A stretch of 64,000 bases of DNA from an uncultured Chloroflexia bacterium (GTDB taxonomy: Bacteria > Chloroflexota > Limnocylindria > Limnocylindrales > CSP1-4), in the NCBI GenBank assembly GCA_963828965.1, contig CAWHGL010000004.1, positions 140,533-204,532 of the forward strand, in the 5' to 3' direction. Positions 10,208 through 19,890 of this stretch are shown here, piece by piece. How positions within the stretch are numbered: position 1 is the first letter of the stretch; every line of letters begins with the position of its first letter. The notes beneath the pieces are model-generated. The model saw only the letters and a program-made list of their open reading frames with translations. It ran no database searches and was not told the origin of the DNA. A program made the translations under genes and the position numbers.

Positions 10208-11095
10208 ATGACCGTCGAGACCTCCACCTGGGCGACCAAGAAGGGCCTCGCCCAGATGCTCAAGGGCGGCGTCATCATGGACGTCGTCACGCCCGATCAG
10301 GCCAAGATCGCCGAGGATGCCGGCGCCGTCGCCGTGATGGCGCTCGAGCGCGTCCCGGCCGACATCCGCAAGGCCGGCGGCGTCGCCCGCATGTCCGATC
10401 CCGAGATGATCGTCGGGATCATGGACGCGGTGACCATCCCGGTCATGGCCAAGGCGCGCATCGGCCACTTCGTCGAGGCCCAGGTGCTCGAGGCGCTCGG
10501 CGTCGACTACATCGACGAATCCGAGGTGCTCACCCCGGCTGACGAGACCAACCACATCGACAAGCACGCCTTCAAGGTCCCGTTCGTGTGCGGCTGCCGG
10601 AACCTCGGCGAGGCGCTCCGGCGAATCAACGAGGGCGCCGCGATGATGCGGACCAAGGGCGAGGCCGGGACCGGCAACATCGTCGAGGCCGTGCGCCAAT
10701 TGCGCGACGTGCTGAGCGAGCTGCGCCGGCTGCAGGCGATGCGCGAGGACGAGCTGTTCGTCGCGGCCAAGGAGCTGCAGGCGCCGTACGAGCTCGTTCG
10801 TGACGTCGCCGGCAACGGCAAGCTGCCCGTCGTGAACTTCGTCGCGGGTGGCATCAGCACCCCGGCCGACGCCGCGCTCGTGATGCAGCTGGGTGCCGAG
10901 GGCGTGTTCGTCGGCAGCGGCATCTTCAAGAGCGAGGACCCGGCCCGGATGGCCAACGCCATCGTCCAGGCCACGACCTTCTTCGACGACGCGGCCAAGA
11001 TCGCGGAGGTCTCCAAGGGCCTGGGAGCCCCGATGCGCGGCATCGCGCTCGAGGAGATCCCCGAGGCCGAGCGCCTCGCCGTCCGGGGCTGGTAG
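10208..11095 (+). CDS. pdxS: Pyridoxal 5'-phosphate synthase, lyase subunit PdxS
   Basis: 295 aa. Sequence includes [53 protein letters not shown]...[32 protein letters not shown], a near-canonical PdxS sequence. Confidence 0.95.
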   Translation: MTVETSTWATKKGLAQMLKGGVIMDVVTPDQAKIAEDAGAVAVMALERVPADIRKAGGVARMSDPEMIVGIMDAVTIPVMAKARIGHFVEAQVLEALGVDYIDESEVLTPADETNHIDKHAFKVPFVCGCRNLGEALRRINEGAAMMRTKGEAGTGNIVEAVRQLRDVLSELRRLQAMREDELFVAAKELQAPYELVRDVAGNGKLPVVNFVAGGISTPADAALVMQLGAEGVFVGSGIFKSEDPARMANAIVQATTFFDDAAKIAEVSKGLGAPMRGIALEEIPEAERLAVRGW

Positions 11096-11196
11096 AGCGG
11101 AGCGCGACGACAAGGACCACGGCGACGACCCGCGCATGAAGATCGGATCCTCCCGCTGATGGCTCGCAGGAGCGTCGCCTCAGCGCTCGGAGAGGC

Positions 11197-11838
11197 TTGG
11201 GCATGAAGATCGGTGTGTTGGCGCTGCAAGGCGCGTTCGCCGAACATCTCAAGACGCTCGCCGCCATCGGCGTCGAGGGCGTTCGCGTGCGCGAGCCGGC
11301 AGATCTCGAGGGTGTCAGCGGGCTGATCCTGCCCGGCGGCGAGAGCACGACGATGCGCCAGCTCATCGAGCGCTGGGGCCTGCGCGAGCCGATCCTCCGG
11401 CTCGCCGCCTCTGGTGCGCCACTGTTCGGGACGTGCGCCGGGATGATCGTGCTCGCCGAGGAGATCGTCGGTGGCGAACCACCCATCCTGCCGCTCCTCG
11501 ACGTGACGGTGGAGCGCAACGCCTTCGGACGGCAGCTCGACTCGTTCGAGGCCGAGCTGTCGGTGCCGGTCCTCGGCGACCGGCCGGTGCACGCCGTGTT
11601 CATCCGCGCCCCGATCATCGAACGGACCGGTCCCGGCGTGGACATCCTGGCTCGGCTCGACGACGGGCGGATCGTCGCCGTCCGCGACCGCAACGTCATC
11701 GCCACCGCGTTCCATCCCGAGCTGGCGGGCGAGAGCCGCTTCCATCGGCTGGTGGCGACGATGGCCGCCGAGCACGACGATCCGGGTGAGGGTTCCGGAC
11801 GGCGGCCCCACCCCACCCGACGGACCCAGACGCGATGA
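11197..11838 (+). CDS. pdxT: Pyridoxal 5'-phosphate synthase, glutaminase subunit PdxT
   Basis: Sequence includes MKIGVLALQGAFAEH...LILPGGESTTM...LFGTCAGMIVLA...AVFIRAP...ATAFHPE, the class I glutamine amidotransferase triad context. The start could be 11203. Confidence 0.9.
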   Translation: MGMKIGVLALQGAFAEHLKTLAAIGVEGVRVREPADLEGVSGLILPGGESTTMRQLIERWGLREPILRLAASGAPLFGTCAGMIVLAEEIVGGEPPILPLLDVTVERNAFGRQLDSFEAELSVPVLGDRPVHAVFIRAPIIERTGPGVDILARLDDGRIVAVRDRNVIATAFHPELAGESRFHRLVATMAAEHDDPGEGSGRRPHPTRRTQTR

Positions 11839-12902
11839 CCGCGTCGCGGCCGCCCCGCACCCCGGGCAAGGTCCGCGCCGCCCGCCTCACCGACCTCGCG
11901 GCCCTGGGTGAGCTCTCCCGGCTGTGCCAATCCGACGATCCGGCGACGCGCTCGCTCGGCCTGCCCGTCAGCGGCCCGCCGATCGGCGTGTTCAGCCTGT
12001 TCCGACTGCCGCTCGGCGCGTTCCGGCCCAACGACCTGATGTACGTCTACGAGCAGGACGGCCGCCTCGCCGGACTGGTCCGGGTGGAGCGCGAGACGAC
12101 CCGCGACGAGTGGACCATCGTGGAGCTCGACGGCGTGGGCATGGCCGATGCCGGCGACATCCGCTACCGCCTCGTCCAGCAGCTCCTGCGCGAGGGCGCC
12201 AAGCGCGGCGCAGCCCGCTTCCACGTCGCCTGCGCGGACGACAACGGCAACGTCGAGCTGCTCATGCAGGCGGGCTTCATCCGCTACGGCGAAGAGCACG
12301 TCCTGTCCCGCGACGCGGACATGGACCTTCCCGAGCCCTGGACCGACAAGCGCGCCGCCGCCGCGGGCATCCGGCCGGTGGGCGGAACCGACGCGCTGGC
12401 CCTGCATCGGCTGTACGGGACGGTCACCCCGAACCCGGTCGTGCGACTGGAGGCGATCCGCCTCCCGGATTGGGAGCGCCAGGGCACGCACTGGCGGGTC
12501 CCACGCTCGAGCCTCGCGCCGATCCTGCGCTTCGCCGACGTCGAGGCCTTCGTCCAGGTGGCCAAGGACGGCGGCAAGGACGGCACGCAGCTCGACGGGT
12601 TCCTCCAGGTCGGGGTCGCCAAGGAGGATCAGCCGCACTACCTCAAGGTCATGGCCCGGCCCGAAGCAGACGCATCGGCGCTCATCGGGTACGGTCTGGG
12701 CATCATCGCGGCGCGCACGGAGCGTGGTGGCGGCCACCGTCATGATCACGGCGTCATCGCCCCCGTGCGAACCTACGAAGCACCGATCGATCGGCGTCTC
12801 GAGGAGGATGGCTTCGCGTCCATCGCCACGGTCACGCTGCTCATGAAGGAAACCCTGGTCCGCGTCGCCGAACCGGCCCTCGTGCCGGCCGGCGTGCGCT
12901 AG
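11835..12902 (+). CDS. GNAT-family N-acetyltransferase-like protein (two-lobed, about 355 aa)
   Basis: 355-aa ORF overlapping the pdxT stop by 4 nt. It has a GNAT-like core: VYEQDGRLAGLVRVERE...IVELDGV...YRLVQQLLREGAKRGAARFHVACADDNGNVELLMQAGF. Confidence 0.65.
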   Translation: MTASRPPRTPGKVRAARLTDLAALGELSRLCQSDDPATRSLGLPVSGPPIGVFSLFRLPLGAFRPNDLMYVYEQDGRLAGLVRVERETTRDEWTIVELDGVGMADAGDIRYRLVQQLLREGAKRGAARFHVACADDNGNVELLMQAGFIRYGEEHVLSRDADMDLPEPWTDKRAAAAGIRPVGGTDALALHRLYGTVTPNPVVRLEAIRLPDWERQGTHWRVPRSSLAPILRFADVEAFVQVAKDGGKDGTQLDGFLQVGVAKEDQPHYLKVMARPEADASALIGYGLGIIAARTERGGGHRHDHGVIAPVRTYEAPIDRRLEEDGFASIATVTLLMKETLVRVAEPALVPAGVR

Positions 12903-12914
12903 GCCAACCGAACG

Positions 12915-14990
12915 ATGGAGGTCAGCGTGGGATCCGAGGATCGACAGCGCGAATCGATCGACGACCTCGACGCCCTGCTCACGTCGCTGCCCCCGGAGAT
13001 CGTCGCGGCGGTCCATGCCTTGCCCGACCGCCAGTCCCTGATCGAGGTCGTGATGGACCTCGGCCGCCGGCCGGAGGCTCGCTTCCCGGACTCCGAGGTG
13101 ATGCTCCTCGAGCGCGAGATCACCGACGCCGACATCGACTTCGTCGTCGAGCACATCGGCTCGTTCGGCGACGACAACCGGGCCGGCATCGAGCGCACGC
13201 TCCATCGCATCAGCGCGATCCGCAATCGCAGCGGCAAGATCGTCGGACTGACCTGCCGGATCGGCCGGGCGGTGTACGGGACGATCGAGATCATCACCGA
13301 CTTCGTCGAGACCGGGAAGTCGATCCTCATCATGGGTCGCCCCGGCATCGGCAAGACCACGATGCTGCGCGAGGCCGCGCGCGTCCTGGCCGACGACCTC
13401 GGCAAGCGCGTGGTCGTCGTCGACACCTCGAACGAGATCGCCGGCGACGGCGACATCCCGCACCCGGCCATCGGCAAGGCCCGCCGGATGCAGGTCCGCA
13501 CGCCGTCGCTCCAGCACGAGGTCATGATCGAGGCGGTCGAGAACCACATGCCCCAGGTCATCGTCATCGACGAGATCGGGACCGAGCTGGAGGCCGCGGC
13601 CGCACGGACCATCGCCGAGCGCGGCGTGCAGCTCATCGGCACCGCCCACGGCAACAACCTCGACAACCTCATGCTCAATCCGACCCTGTCCGACCTGATC
13701 GGTGGCATCCAGAGCGTGACCCTCGGTGACGAGGAGGCACGCCGCCGGCGGACCCAGAAGAGCGTCCTCGAGCGCAAGGCGCCCCCGACGTTCGACGTCA
13801 TCGTCGAGATCCAGGATCGCGAGCGCGTCGCCGTCCACAGCGACGTCGCCGACACGATCGACGCGCTCCTGCGCGGCGACGCCGTCGCCCCCGAGCTGCG
13901 CTGGCGCGACGAGGAAGGGGTCCATCGCTCGCAGGGCCGGCCGCGGCCGTCGCCGCGCGAGCAGCTCGGCGCGGAGCGGTTCGCCGGGCTCGTCGGCAAC
14001 GGATCGCCGTGGCGGATGGAGCCCGGCTGGCGCGGTGACGGATCGGCGCGGACCGCCGGCGGCTTCCGCGAGGCCGAGCGCGGCGCATTCCGCCCGGGCT
14101 ATCGGCCCGGTGCGTCCGGTGGCTGGCGCCAGACCCGCGGCGGCTCGGGACGCGAGAGCTCCCCGCGCGGCCCCGTCTCGGAGGGTGGCGCACCCCGCTC
14201 CATGCCGGGTGAGCGATTCGCCGGGCGGGGTGGTGACGCCCCGTTCGTGGCCGGCGAGATCGCCGATCGCGGACCGCTGGAACGTGGGGCTGCGCAGACC
14301 GCGCTCGAGACCCGGGCCCGCGAGGCCCGCGAGCTCGAACGACAGAAGGCCTGGCGCGATCAGGCCGCCCGTGCCCTCCAGACGTTCAAGGCGGAGGAGG
14401 GGACCGCGCCGGTCAACGTCGACGAGCTCGAGGTCGACGATGACCTCGATCGGATGCCGCTCGGGGCCGAGGAAGGCGCCCACGGCGAGACGGTGCTCGT
14501 CCACGGCGGATCGCCCCTGCCGACGCTCCGGGTGCTGCCCCAGGGCATCAGCCGTAAACGCCTCGAGCAGGCGGTCCGCGACCTCGGCCTGCCGGTGGTC
14601 ATCGCCCGCGACGTCGACGAGGCGGACGTGGTCATGACGCTCAAGAACGAGTACAAGCAGAAGACGCCGTTGCTGCGTGAGGCCGAGGAGCGGGCGATGC
14701 CCATCTACGTCCTCAAGAGCAACACGATCCCGCAGATGCAGACCAGCCTGACCTCGATCTTCTCGCTGGAGATCGATCCGCGCGAGGCGGCGATGCGCGA
14801 GACGGAGGACGCCATCGAGGTCGTGCTCTCGTCGTCCGAAGCGGTCGAGCTCTCGCCGCAGAACGCGTACATCCGCCGCCTGCAGCACCAGATGGCCGAG
14901 CGGGCGAACCTCGTGTCGCGCTCGCGCGGCCGCGAGCCGTACCGACGGGTCCGCCTGTATCCGGACGCGGCGCGGAGCAGCTGGCGGTAG
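12915..14990 (+). CDS. AAA ATPase with C-terminal R3H nucleic-acid-binding domain (SpoIIIAA/Ycf45-like)
   Basis: 691 aa. Walker A is [13 protein letters not shown] and Walker B is VIVIDEIG, followed by LIGTAHG. The C-terminus [38 protein letters not shown] is R3H-like. The two parts are separated by an Arg/Gly-rich low-complexity linker. Confidence 0.8.
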   Translation: MEVSVGSEDRQRESIDDLDALLTSLPPEIVAAVHALPDRQSLIEVVMDLGRRPEARFPDSEVMLLEREITDADIDFVVEHIGSFGDDNRAGIERTLHRISAIRNRSGKIVGLTCRIGRAVYGTIEIITDFVETGKSILIMGRPGIGKTTMLREAARVLADDLGKRVVVVDTSNEIAGDGDIPHPAIGKARRMQVRTPSLQHEVMIEAVENHMPQVIVIDEIGTELEAAAARTIAERGVQLIGTAHGNNLDNLMLNPTLSDLIGGIQSVTLGDEEARRRRTQKSVLERKAPPTFDVIVEIQDRERVAVHSDVADTIDALLRGDAVAPELRWRDEEGVHRSQGRPRPSPREQLGAERFAGLVGNGSPWRMEPGWRGDGSARTAGGFREAERGAFRPGYRPGASGGWRQTRGGSGRESSPRGPVSEGGAPRSMPGERFAGRGGDAPFVAGEIADRGPLERGAAQTALETRAREARELERQKAWRDQAARALQTFKAEEGTAPVNVDELEVDDDLDRMPLGAEEGAHGETVLVHGGSPLPTLRVLPQGISRKRLEQAVRDLGLPVVIARDVDEADVVMTLKNEYKQKTPLLREAEERAMPIYVLKSNTIPQMQTSLTSIFSLEIDPREAAMRETEDAIEVVLSSSEAVELSPQNAYIRRLQHQMAERANLVSRSRGREPYRRVRLYPDAARSSWR

Positions 14991-15311
14991 GTCGACGACC
15001 CCATAGGCGCGTAGCGGCTGCCCGGCGGTGGCCCGCCATTCCCGATACGCATGCGGGTGCCCGATGGGCCTGCCGATATCGCCCCCACTGGTAACCATGC
15101 GGGTTCGGCGTCGGCAACGGACGAGATCGGGCCTCCAGGAAGGCACCAGCCAGCGCGCCACGAGCGATCCGGGAGTCACGTTCGGCCGGTGACCGGTCGG
15201 TGTGGCCCCGATGGCCCCTGGTTACCGGTCCCAGCGATATCTGCCACGACATCGCGGTCGGTCGGCGCTCAGGGCTCGGCACCGGCGTCGGCCGCGCGGT
15301 ACGGTTCCCCG

Positions 15312-16067
15312 ATGGCACTGACGTCGGTCGACTTCATCGGGCACTCGGCGCTGCTCGTCGAGCTCGACGGTATCCGGCTCCTGACCGACCCGGTGACGCG
15401 CTCCCGGGTCGGCCCGCTGCGGCGCGTCGAGCCGGTGCCGGATCCGCATCGCCTGGCTGGCGTCGATGCCGTGCTCATCTCCCACTTGCACTGGGACCAC
15501 CTCGACGTGCCTTCGCTGCGCGACCTGAAGTCCCACCCGCCGATCTTCGTCCCCGCCGGCTCCGGGGCGTGGATGCGTTCGGCCGGGTTCAGGGATGTCC
15601 GTGAGATCGCGCTGGGTGACCGAGTCGACATCGGCGGGGTCGAGGTCGAAGCCGTGGAAGCCCTCCATTCGGGATTCCGCCCGCCGATCGGACCGACGGC
15701 GCCGGCGATCGGGTTCGTCATGCGCGGCACCCAGTCGGTCTACTTCGCCGGCGACACGGACCTGTGCGAGGGGATGTGGTCGCTCGGCGACATCGACCTC
15801 GCCCTGATCCCGGTCTGGGGCTGGGGCCCGACCCTGGGCCGCGGCCTGCATCTCGACCCGCTCAAGGCGGCCGAGGCCCTGCGCCGGGTCCGGCCGCGCG
15901 CGGCCGTGCCGATCCATTGGGGCACGTACTGGCCGCACGCCATGGGCCGGATCTTCCCCGAGCGCCTGGTCGAGCCGCCGGCGGCGTTCGTGGAGTACGC
16001 CTCCGAGCTGGCCCCGGACGTCCGGATGCTACCGACGGCCGTCGGCGACGCGGTGGCGCTCGACTGA
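15312..16067 (+). CDS. MBL-fold metallo-hydrolase
   Basis: Lies in ORF 15051..16067, starting MALTSVDFIGHSALLVEL. It has the metal motif ISHLHWDHLD and a later FAGDTD ... PIHWGTY. Confidence 0.8.
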   Translation: MALTSVDFIGHSALLVELDGIRLLTDPVTRSRVGPLRRVEPVPDPHRLAGVDAVLISHLHWDHLDVPSLRDLKSHPPIFVPAGSGAWMRSAGFRDVREIALGDRVDIGGVEVEAVEALHSGFRPPIGPTAPAIGFVMRGTQSVYFAGDTDLCEGMWSLGDIDLALIPVWGWGPTLGRGLHLDPLKAAEALRRVRPRAAVPIHWGTYWPHAMGRIFPERLVEPPAAFVEYASELAPDVRMLPTAVGDAVALD

Positions 16068-16135
16068 CCGCTGGCCGGCCGGCCGGCACGTGGCGACCGT
16101 TCCCCGCCCGGACCCGCGTGGCAGACTTCGCCGTG

Positions 16136-16864
16136 ATGACCGCCATCCCGCCACCGCCCCCCGCGCTACCAGCCGCGCCCTCACCGGACGCGACCCTGCG
16201 CCACGGACTCCGGCGCTTCTCGACCGGACTCATCGTCTACGGCGTCATCGGACTCGCGTTCGCGGCGGTCGGGCTCGTACTCCTGCTGTATGTCGGCAAC
16301 CGGGTCGGCACGCTCGCGGATCGCACGAGCACCCAGGTGGAAACCATCATCTCCACGCTCGACCGCACGGCGACGGCCCTGCAGGACGCCGGCGACTCGG
16401 CCGTGTCGTTCTCCGTCACGCTCGAGCGGACGCCACCGGCGGTCCGCCAGGCCGCGGACACCGTCGGCAACCTCCAGGACAACCTGCTCACGATCCAGCA
16501 GCAGCTGGCCGCGCTGTCGATCTTCGGCACCCAGCCACTGGGCCGCGTCGCGGAGGTCTTCGGCTCGATCGCGGGCGACATCGAAGGGCTCGACACGCGG
16601 CTCACGTCGATCGCCGATTCGCTCGACGAGAACAAGGATGCCCTGCTCACGAACGCCGATTCGCTGCGCGCCCTGGGGACGCAGCTCGCGACCGTCGCGG
16701 ACGACCTCCGGACGGGCATCGTCCAGGACAGCCTGGCGGACGTGCAGCTCATCCTGACCGTCCTGTTCGTGCTGCTCGTGGCGTGGACGGCGGTGCCCGC
16801 GGCAGGTGCGCTGTGGATCGGCTGGTGGCTGCGCCGCGAGCTGCCGCCGATGGTCTCGGCCTAG
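16136..16864 (+). CDS. Hypothetical membrane protein (two TM segments flanking a helical extracytoplasmic region)
   Basis: Lies in ORF 15764..16864, from MTAIPPPPP. TM1 is LIVYGVIGLAFAAVGLVLLLYV, followed by a heptad-like region (TLDRTATALQDAGDS...LQDNLLTIQQQLAAL), then TM2 LILTVLFVLLVAWTAVPAAGALWIGWW. Confidence 0.6.
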   Translation: MTAIPPPPPALPAAPSPDATLRHGLRRFSTGLIVYGVIGLAFAAVGLVLLLYVGNRVGTLADRTSTQVETIISTLDRTATALQDAGDSAVSFSVTLERTPPAVRQAADTVGNLQDNLLTIQQQLAALSIFGTQPLGRVAEVFGSIAGDIEGLDTRLTSIADSLDENKDALLTNADSLRALGTQLATVADDLRTGIVQDSLADVQLILTVLFVLLVAWTAVPAAGALWIGWWLRRELPPMVSA

Positions 16865-16880
16865 GCGCTCGCCGCCTCGC

Positions 16881-18418
16881 TCAGCGCAGGTCGCGTCGCA
16901 ACGCGGACCTTGCCGCGAGATACCCGCCCATCCCATGCACGCCGCCGCCCGGTGGCGTCGACGACGAGGCGAGATAGAGGCCCGGCCCCGCGTGGTACGG
17001 GTCCAGCGCCGGGACCGGCCGGAACAGGAGCTGGCGGATGTCGCTGACACCGGCGTTGATGTCGCCACCGACGTAGTTCGCGTCGTGGGCCTCCATCTGG
17101 GCCGGCGCGTGCGTCGAGCGCGCCAGGACCCGGTCGCGGAAGCCCGGCGCGAAGCGCTCCATCTGGCCCTCGATCGCGGCGGTCATGTCGACGTCCGAGC
17201 CGTTGGGCACGTGGCAGTACGCCCAGGCGGTCGTCCTGCCCTCCGGGGCCCGCGACGTGTCCCACGGGTGGTATTGGACGACGAGCGTGAACGGCCGGTC
17301 GGGATGCCGGCCCGCGCCGACCTCGCGTTCGGAGGCGACGACCTCGGCCGCGGTCCCGCCCAGGTGGACGGTCGCAGCGCGACGAAGGCCGTCGGCGGTC
17401 CACGGGATGGGTCCGTCGAGCGCCCAGTCGACCTTGAACACGCCCGGCCCGTAGCGGAACGCCTCGTATCGACGCCGGGTCCGCGACGGCAGCCGGTCGC
17501 CAGCGATCGCCGCCAGCGCCGTCGGGGTGGTGTCGAAGATGACGGCCCGCGCCGCCGGCAACTCGGCCAGTGTCGTGACCCGCTGCCCGACGACGATCTC
17601 GCCGCCGAGGTCGCGGATCTCGCCCGCGAGCGCCTCCGCCACCGCCGCCGAGCCGCCGCGGATCATCGGCCAGCCGACCGCGTGGGCGTACATGCCGAGG
17701 ACCAGTCCGAACGACGCCGTCAGTGGCCGCTCCAGCGGCACCATCGAATGGGCAGCAAGGCCGGCGAACAGGGCGCGCGCGGCATCGCCATGGAACGAGC
17801 CCTCGGCCAGGCCGCTGGCCGAGCGCAGGGCCGGCAGACCGAAGCGCATGAGCGCCAGCGGGTGACGCGGCACGTGGACGACCGGTCGGAGCAGCTCTCC
17901 GGACAGCTTGCCGGCGTCGCGCGTCAACGGTCCGAACAAGGAGCGCCAGGCCTTGCCGTCGCCCGCCTTCCGCCCTGCCCGCCCTCGGCGAGCCCGGCCC
18001 CGGTCGCCGCGACGGACCGCTCCAGGACGGCGGCGCGGCCACCGTCGAGGGCATGGGCCACGGGAGCGTCCGGATGGACGATGTCCACGCCACGAGCGGC
18101 CAGGTCGACCATCCGGAAGAACGGCGACGCGGCGGTCAGCGGCAGGATCGTCGAGCAGACGTCGTGGCGGAACCCGGGGAGGGTCAGCTCCTGGGTCCGT
18201 GTCCCGCCGCCGATCGTGTCGGCCGCCTCGATGACCCGCACCGACCGGCCGGCGCGGGCCAGCGTCAGGGCGGCCGCCAGGCCGTTGGGCCCTGCGCCGA
18301 CGACGATCGCGTCGAGCGCCGGACCGGTCACGTCCGTCCCCCCGGCGACCGGAAGCGTCGCGGCCGCCACGACGGGGTGGGACGACGGTCGGACCCCCCT
18401 CGGCCCGACCGTCGTCAC
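16881..18418 (-). pseudogene. FAD-dependent oxidoreductase (phytoene desaturase/CrtI-like family), one frame change
   Basis: The N-terminal Rossmann motif DAIVVGAGPNGLAAALTLARAGRSVRVIEAADTIGGG is in the frame of ORF 17924..18733. The C-terminal 352 aa are in ORF 16881..17939. The join (...AGLAEG / AGDGKAWRSLFGPLTRDAGK) lies in a G-rich stretch at about 17950-17985. Proposed start is the GTG at 18418, overlapping the upstream stop (GTGA). 18331 is an alternative start. Confidence 0.7.
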
Positions 18419-19208
18419 CCCTTGCGGGAGATCCAGCGGACCGGTGCCGTGAGGGTGTGGCGGGCGGTGCGCAGCGTCGCGCTGTTGCGCACGTTGCGGG
18501 CGTGCCGCCACTGGCGGCGCTTGTCGATGCAGACGATCTGGGTGTCGACCCGCGGGTCCGCGTTGCCCATCGCCTTGGCGACGTTCGACAGCGTCTCGCG
18601 CCAGAAGCGGTCGTTCATCCGATTGCCGCCCAGCATGTAGGCGAGCTCGTCGAACGGGTCGGAGGTGCGTTCCAGGGCCTGCGCCTGGAGGACGGTCGCC
18701 TCGCCGTCGCGATAGGCGGAGAAGGTGATCCACGCCGACAGGGTATGGCCCTCGGGGGTCATGAACGTGAAGGACTCGTCGTCGGCGTAGATGACCATGA
18801 CGCCGGTCGAGAGCTTGACCGGCGAGCCCGGGACGGGCGCGATGTCGAGCAGGGCGACCTCGCCGGGGGCGATGCCCGCGAGCGGGGCGTAGAACCGCGC
18901 GCCCTTGGGCCAGAACGTCGGGAAGCGCTCCTTCCAGGCCGCGACGACCTCCTGGGGCGTCAGCGATCCGTCGAGCTCGACGCGGAACGTCTTCTGCCAG
19001 AGCTGTCCGAAGCCCTGCAGCGGCCCCGACACGCGCTTGCCGGTGACGGAATCGACCTTGGCGCCGGTGACGCCGGTCGCCGACAGGCGGTCGACGGGCT
19101 TGGCCCAGTTGGCGGCGTCGCGCGCCGGGCCGACGTCGCCGGCGTGCTCGGGGAAGGGGTCGGGGTGGTGGTGGTCGGGGTCGGGATCGTCGGTTCGGTC
19201 ATCGTCAT
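18415..19208 (-). CDS. Conserved hypothetical protein; the 5' end is ambiguous or frame-shifted
   Basis: ORF 18415..19032 reads GFGQLWQKTFRVELDG...TPEGHTLSAWITFSAY.... The same frame continues upstream as plausible protein (DPFPEHAGDVGPARDAANWAKPVDRLSATGVTGAKVDSVTGKR) with no start codon. The only ATG (19208, MTMTEPTIPTP) is in another frame, 5 nt after the STAS stop. Confidence 0.55.
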
Positions 19209-19213
19209 CGCCG

Positions 19214-19561
19214 TCAGCCTTCCGCGGCCGCGATGGCCGCCGCTTCGGTGTCGTGGATCTCGATCGCTTCCTCGAGCCGGGTCAGCGCGAGGATCTCGCG
19301 GTAGTGGTTCGACAGGCCCGTCGCCAGCAGGCGGATGGCGCTGCGCTGGGCGCGGACGAGGAGCGTCACGAGCAGGCCGATGCCACCCGAGTTCATGTAC
19401 TCCATCTGCGTGAAGTCGAGCACCACCGCCGTCGCACCGTCGTCGACGGCCTGGGTGAAGCCGGCCATGAGCTCGGCTTCGCTGCCCGAGGTGACATCAC
19501 CGGAGATGCGCAGGATCGCGACGGTGCCGACGCGATCGAGGCCGATCATGGTCGTGGTCAT
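19214..19561 (-). CDS. STAS-domain anti-sigma-factor antagonist (RsbV/SpoIIAA-like), copy 1
   Basis: 115 aa. LDFTQMEYMNSGGIGLLVTLL carries the conserved phosphorylatable Ser context. C-terminus is HYREILALTRLEEAIEI. Confidence 0.85.
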   Translation of the reverse strand: MTTTMIGLDRVGTVAILRISGDVTSGSEAELMAGFTQAVDDGATAVVLDFTQMEYMNSGGIGLLVTLLVRAQRSAIRLLATGLSNHYREILALTRLEEAIEIHDTEAAAIAAAEG

Positions 19562-19890
19562 GCGGCGTCTCCTTCGACGATGTCCATGAAGTCGGACAGG
19601 CGGGTGATCCGGAAGATCTCGCGGTAGTGCGGGGTGAGGCCCACGGCCCGCACGCCACGGCCGTCGCGCCGGGCGTCGGCGAGCAGCCGGACGACGAGCG
19701 CGATGCCCGTGCTGTTGATGTAGCCCACGTCGTGGAAGTCGAGGGTCATCCGCTTCGACCCGATCGCGACCACCTCGCCGTACGCCGCGTTGAGCGTGTC
19801 GTCGGCGCGGCTGTCGAGGTCACCGCGCATCCGGACGCGGACCTCGTCGGGGACATCCTCGACCTGGGCTCCGAACCGGCGGTCATCCAT
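19558..19890 (-). CDS. STAS-domain anti-sigma-factor antagonist (RsbV/SpoIIAA-like), copy 2
   Basis: 110 aa. LDFHDVGYINSTGIALVVRLL has the Ser/Thr in the conserved position, followed by HYREIFRITRLSDFMDI. It overlaps copy 1 by 4 nt. Confidence 0.85.
   Translation of the reverse strand: MDDRRFGAQVEDVPDEVRVRMRGDLDSRADDTLNAAYGEVVAIGSKRMTLDFHDVGYINSTGIALVVRLLADARRDGRGVRAVGLTPHYREIFRITRLSDFMDIVEGDAA

Noticed and set aside
10926-15179. 1417-aa minus-strand ORF, the longest in the track
   Set aside because: It runs antisense to pdxS (3' end), pdxT, the GNAT gene and the R3H ATPase, all of which have clear family signatures on the + strand. Its translation is Arg/Pro/Gly/Ala-rich with no recognisable domain. 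It is a typical stop-free antisense frame in GC-rich DNA.
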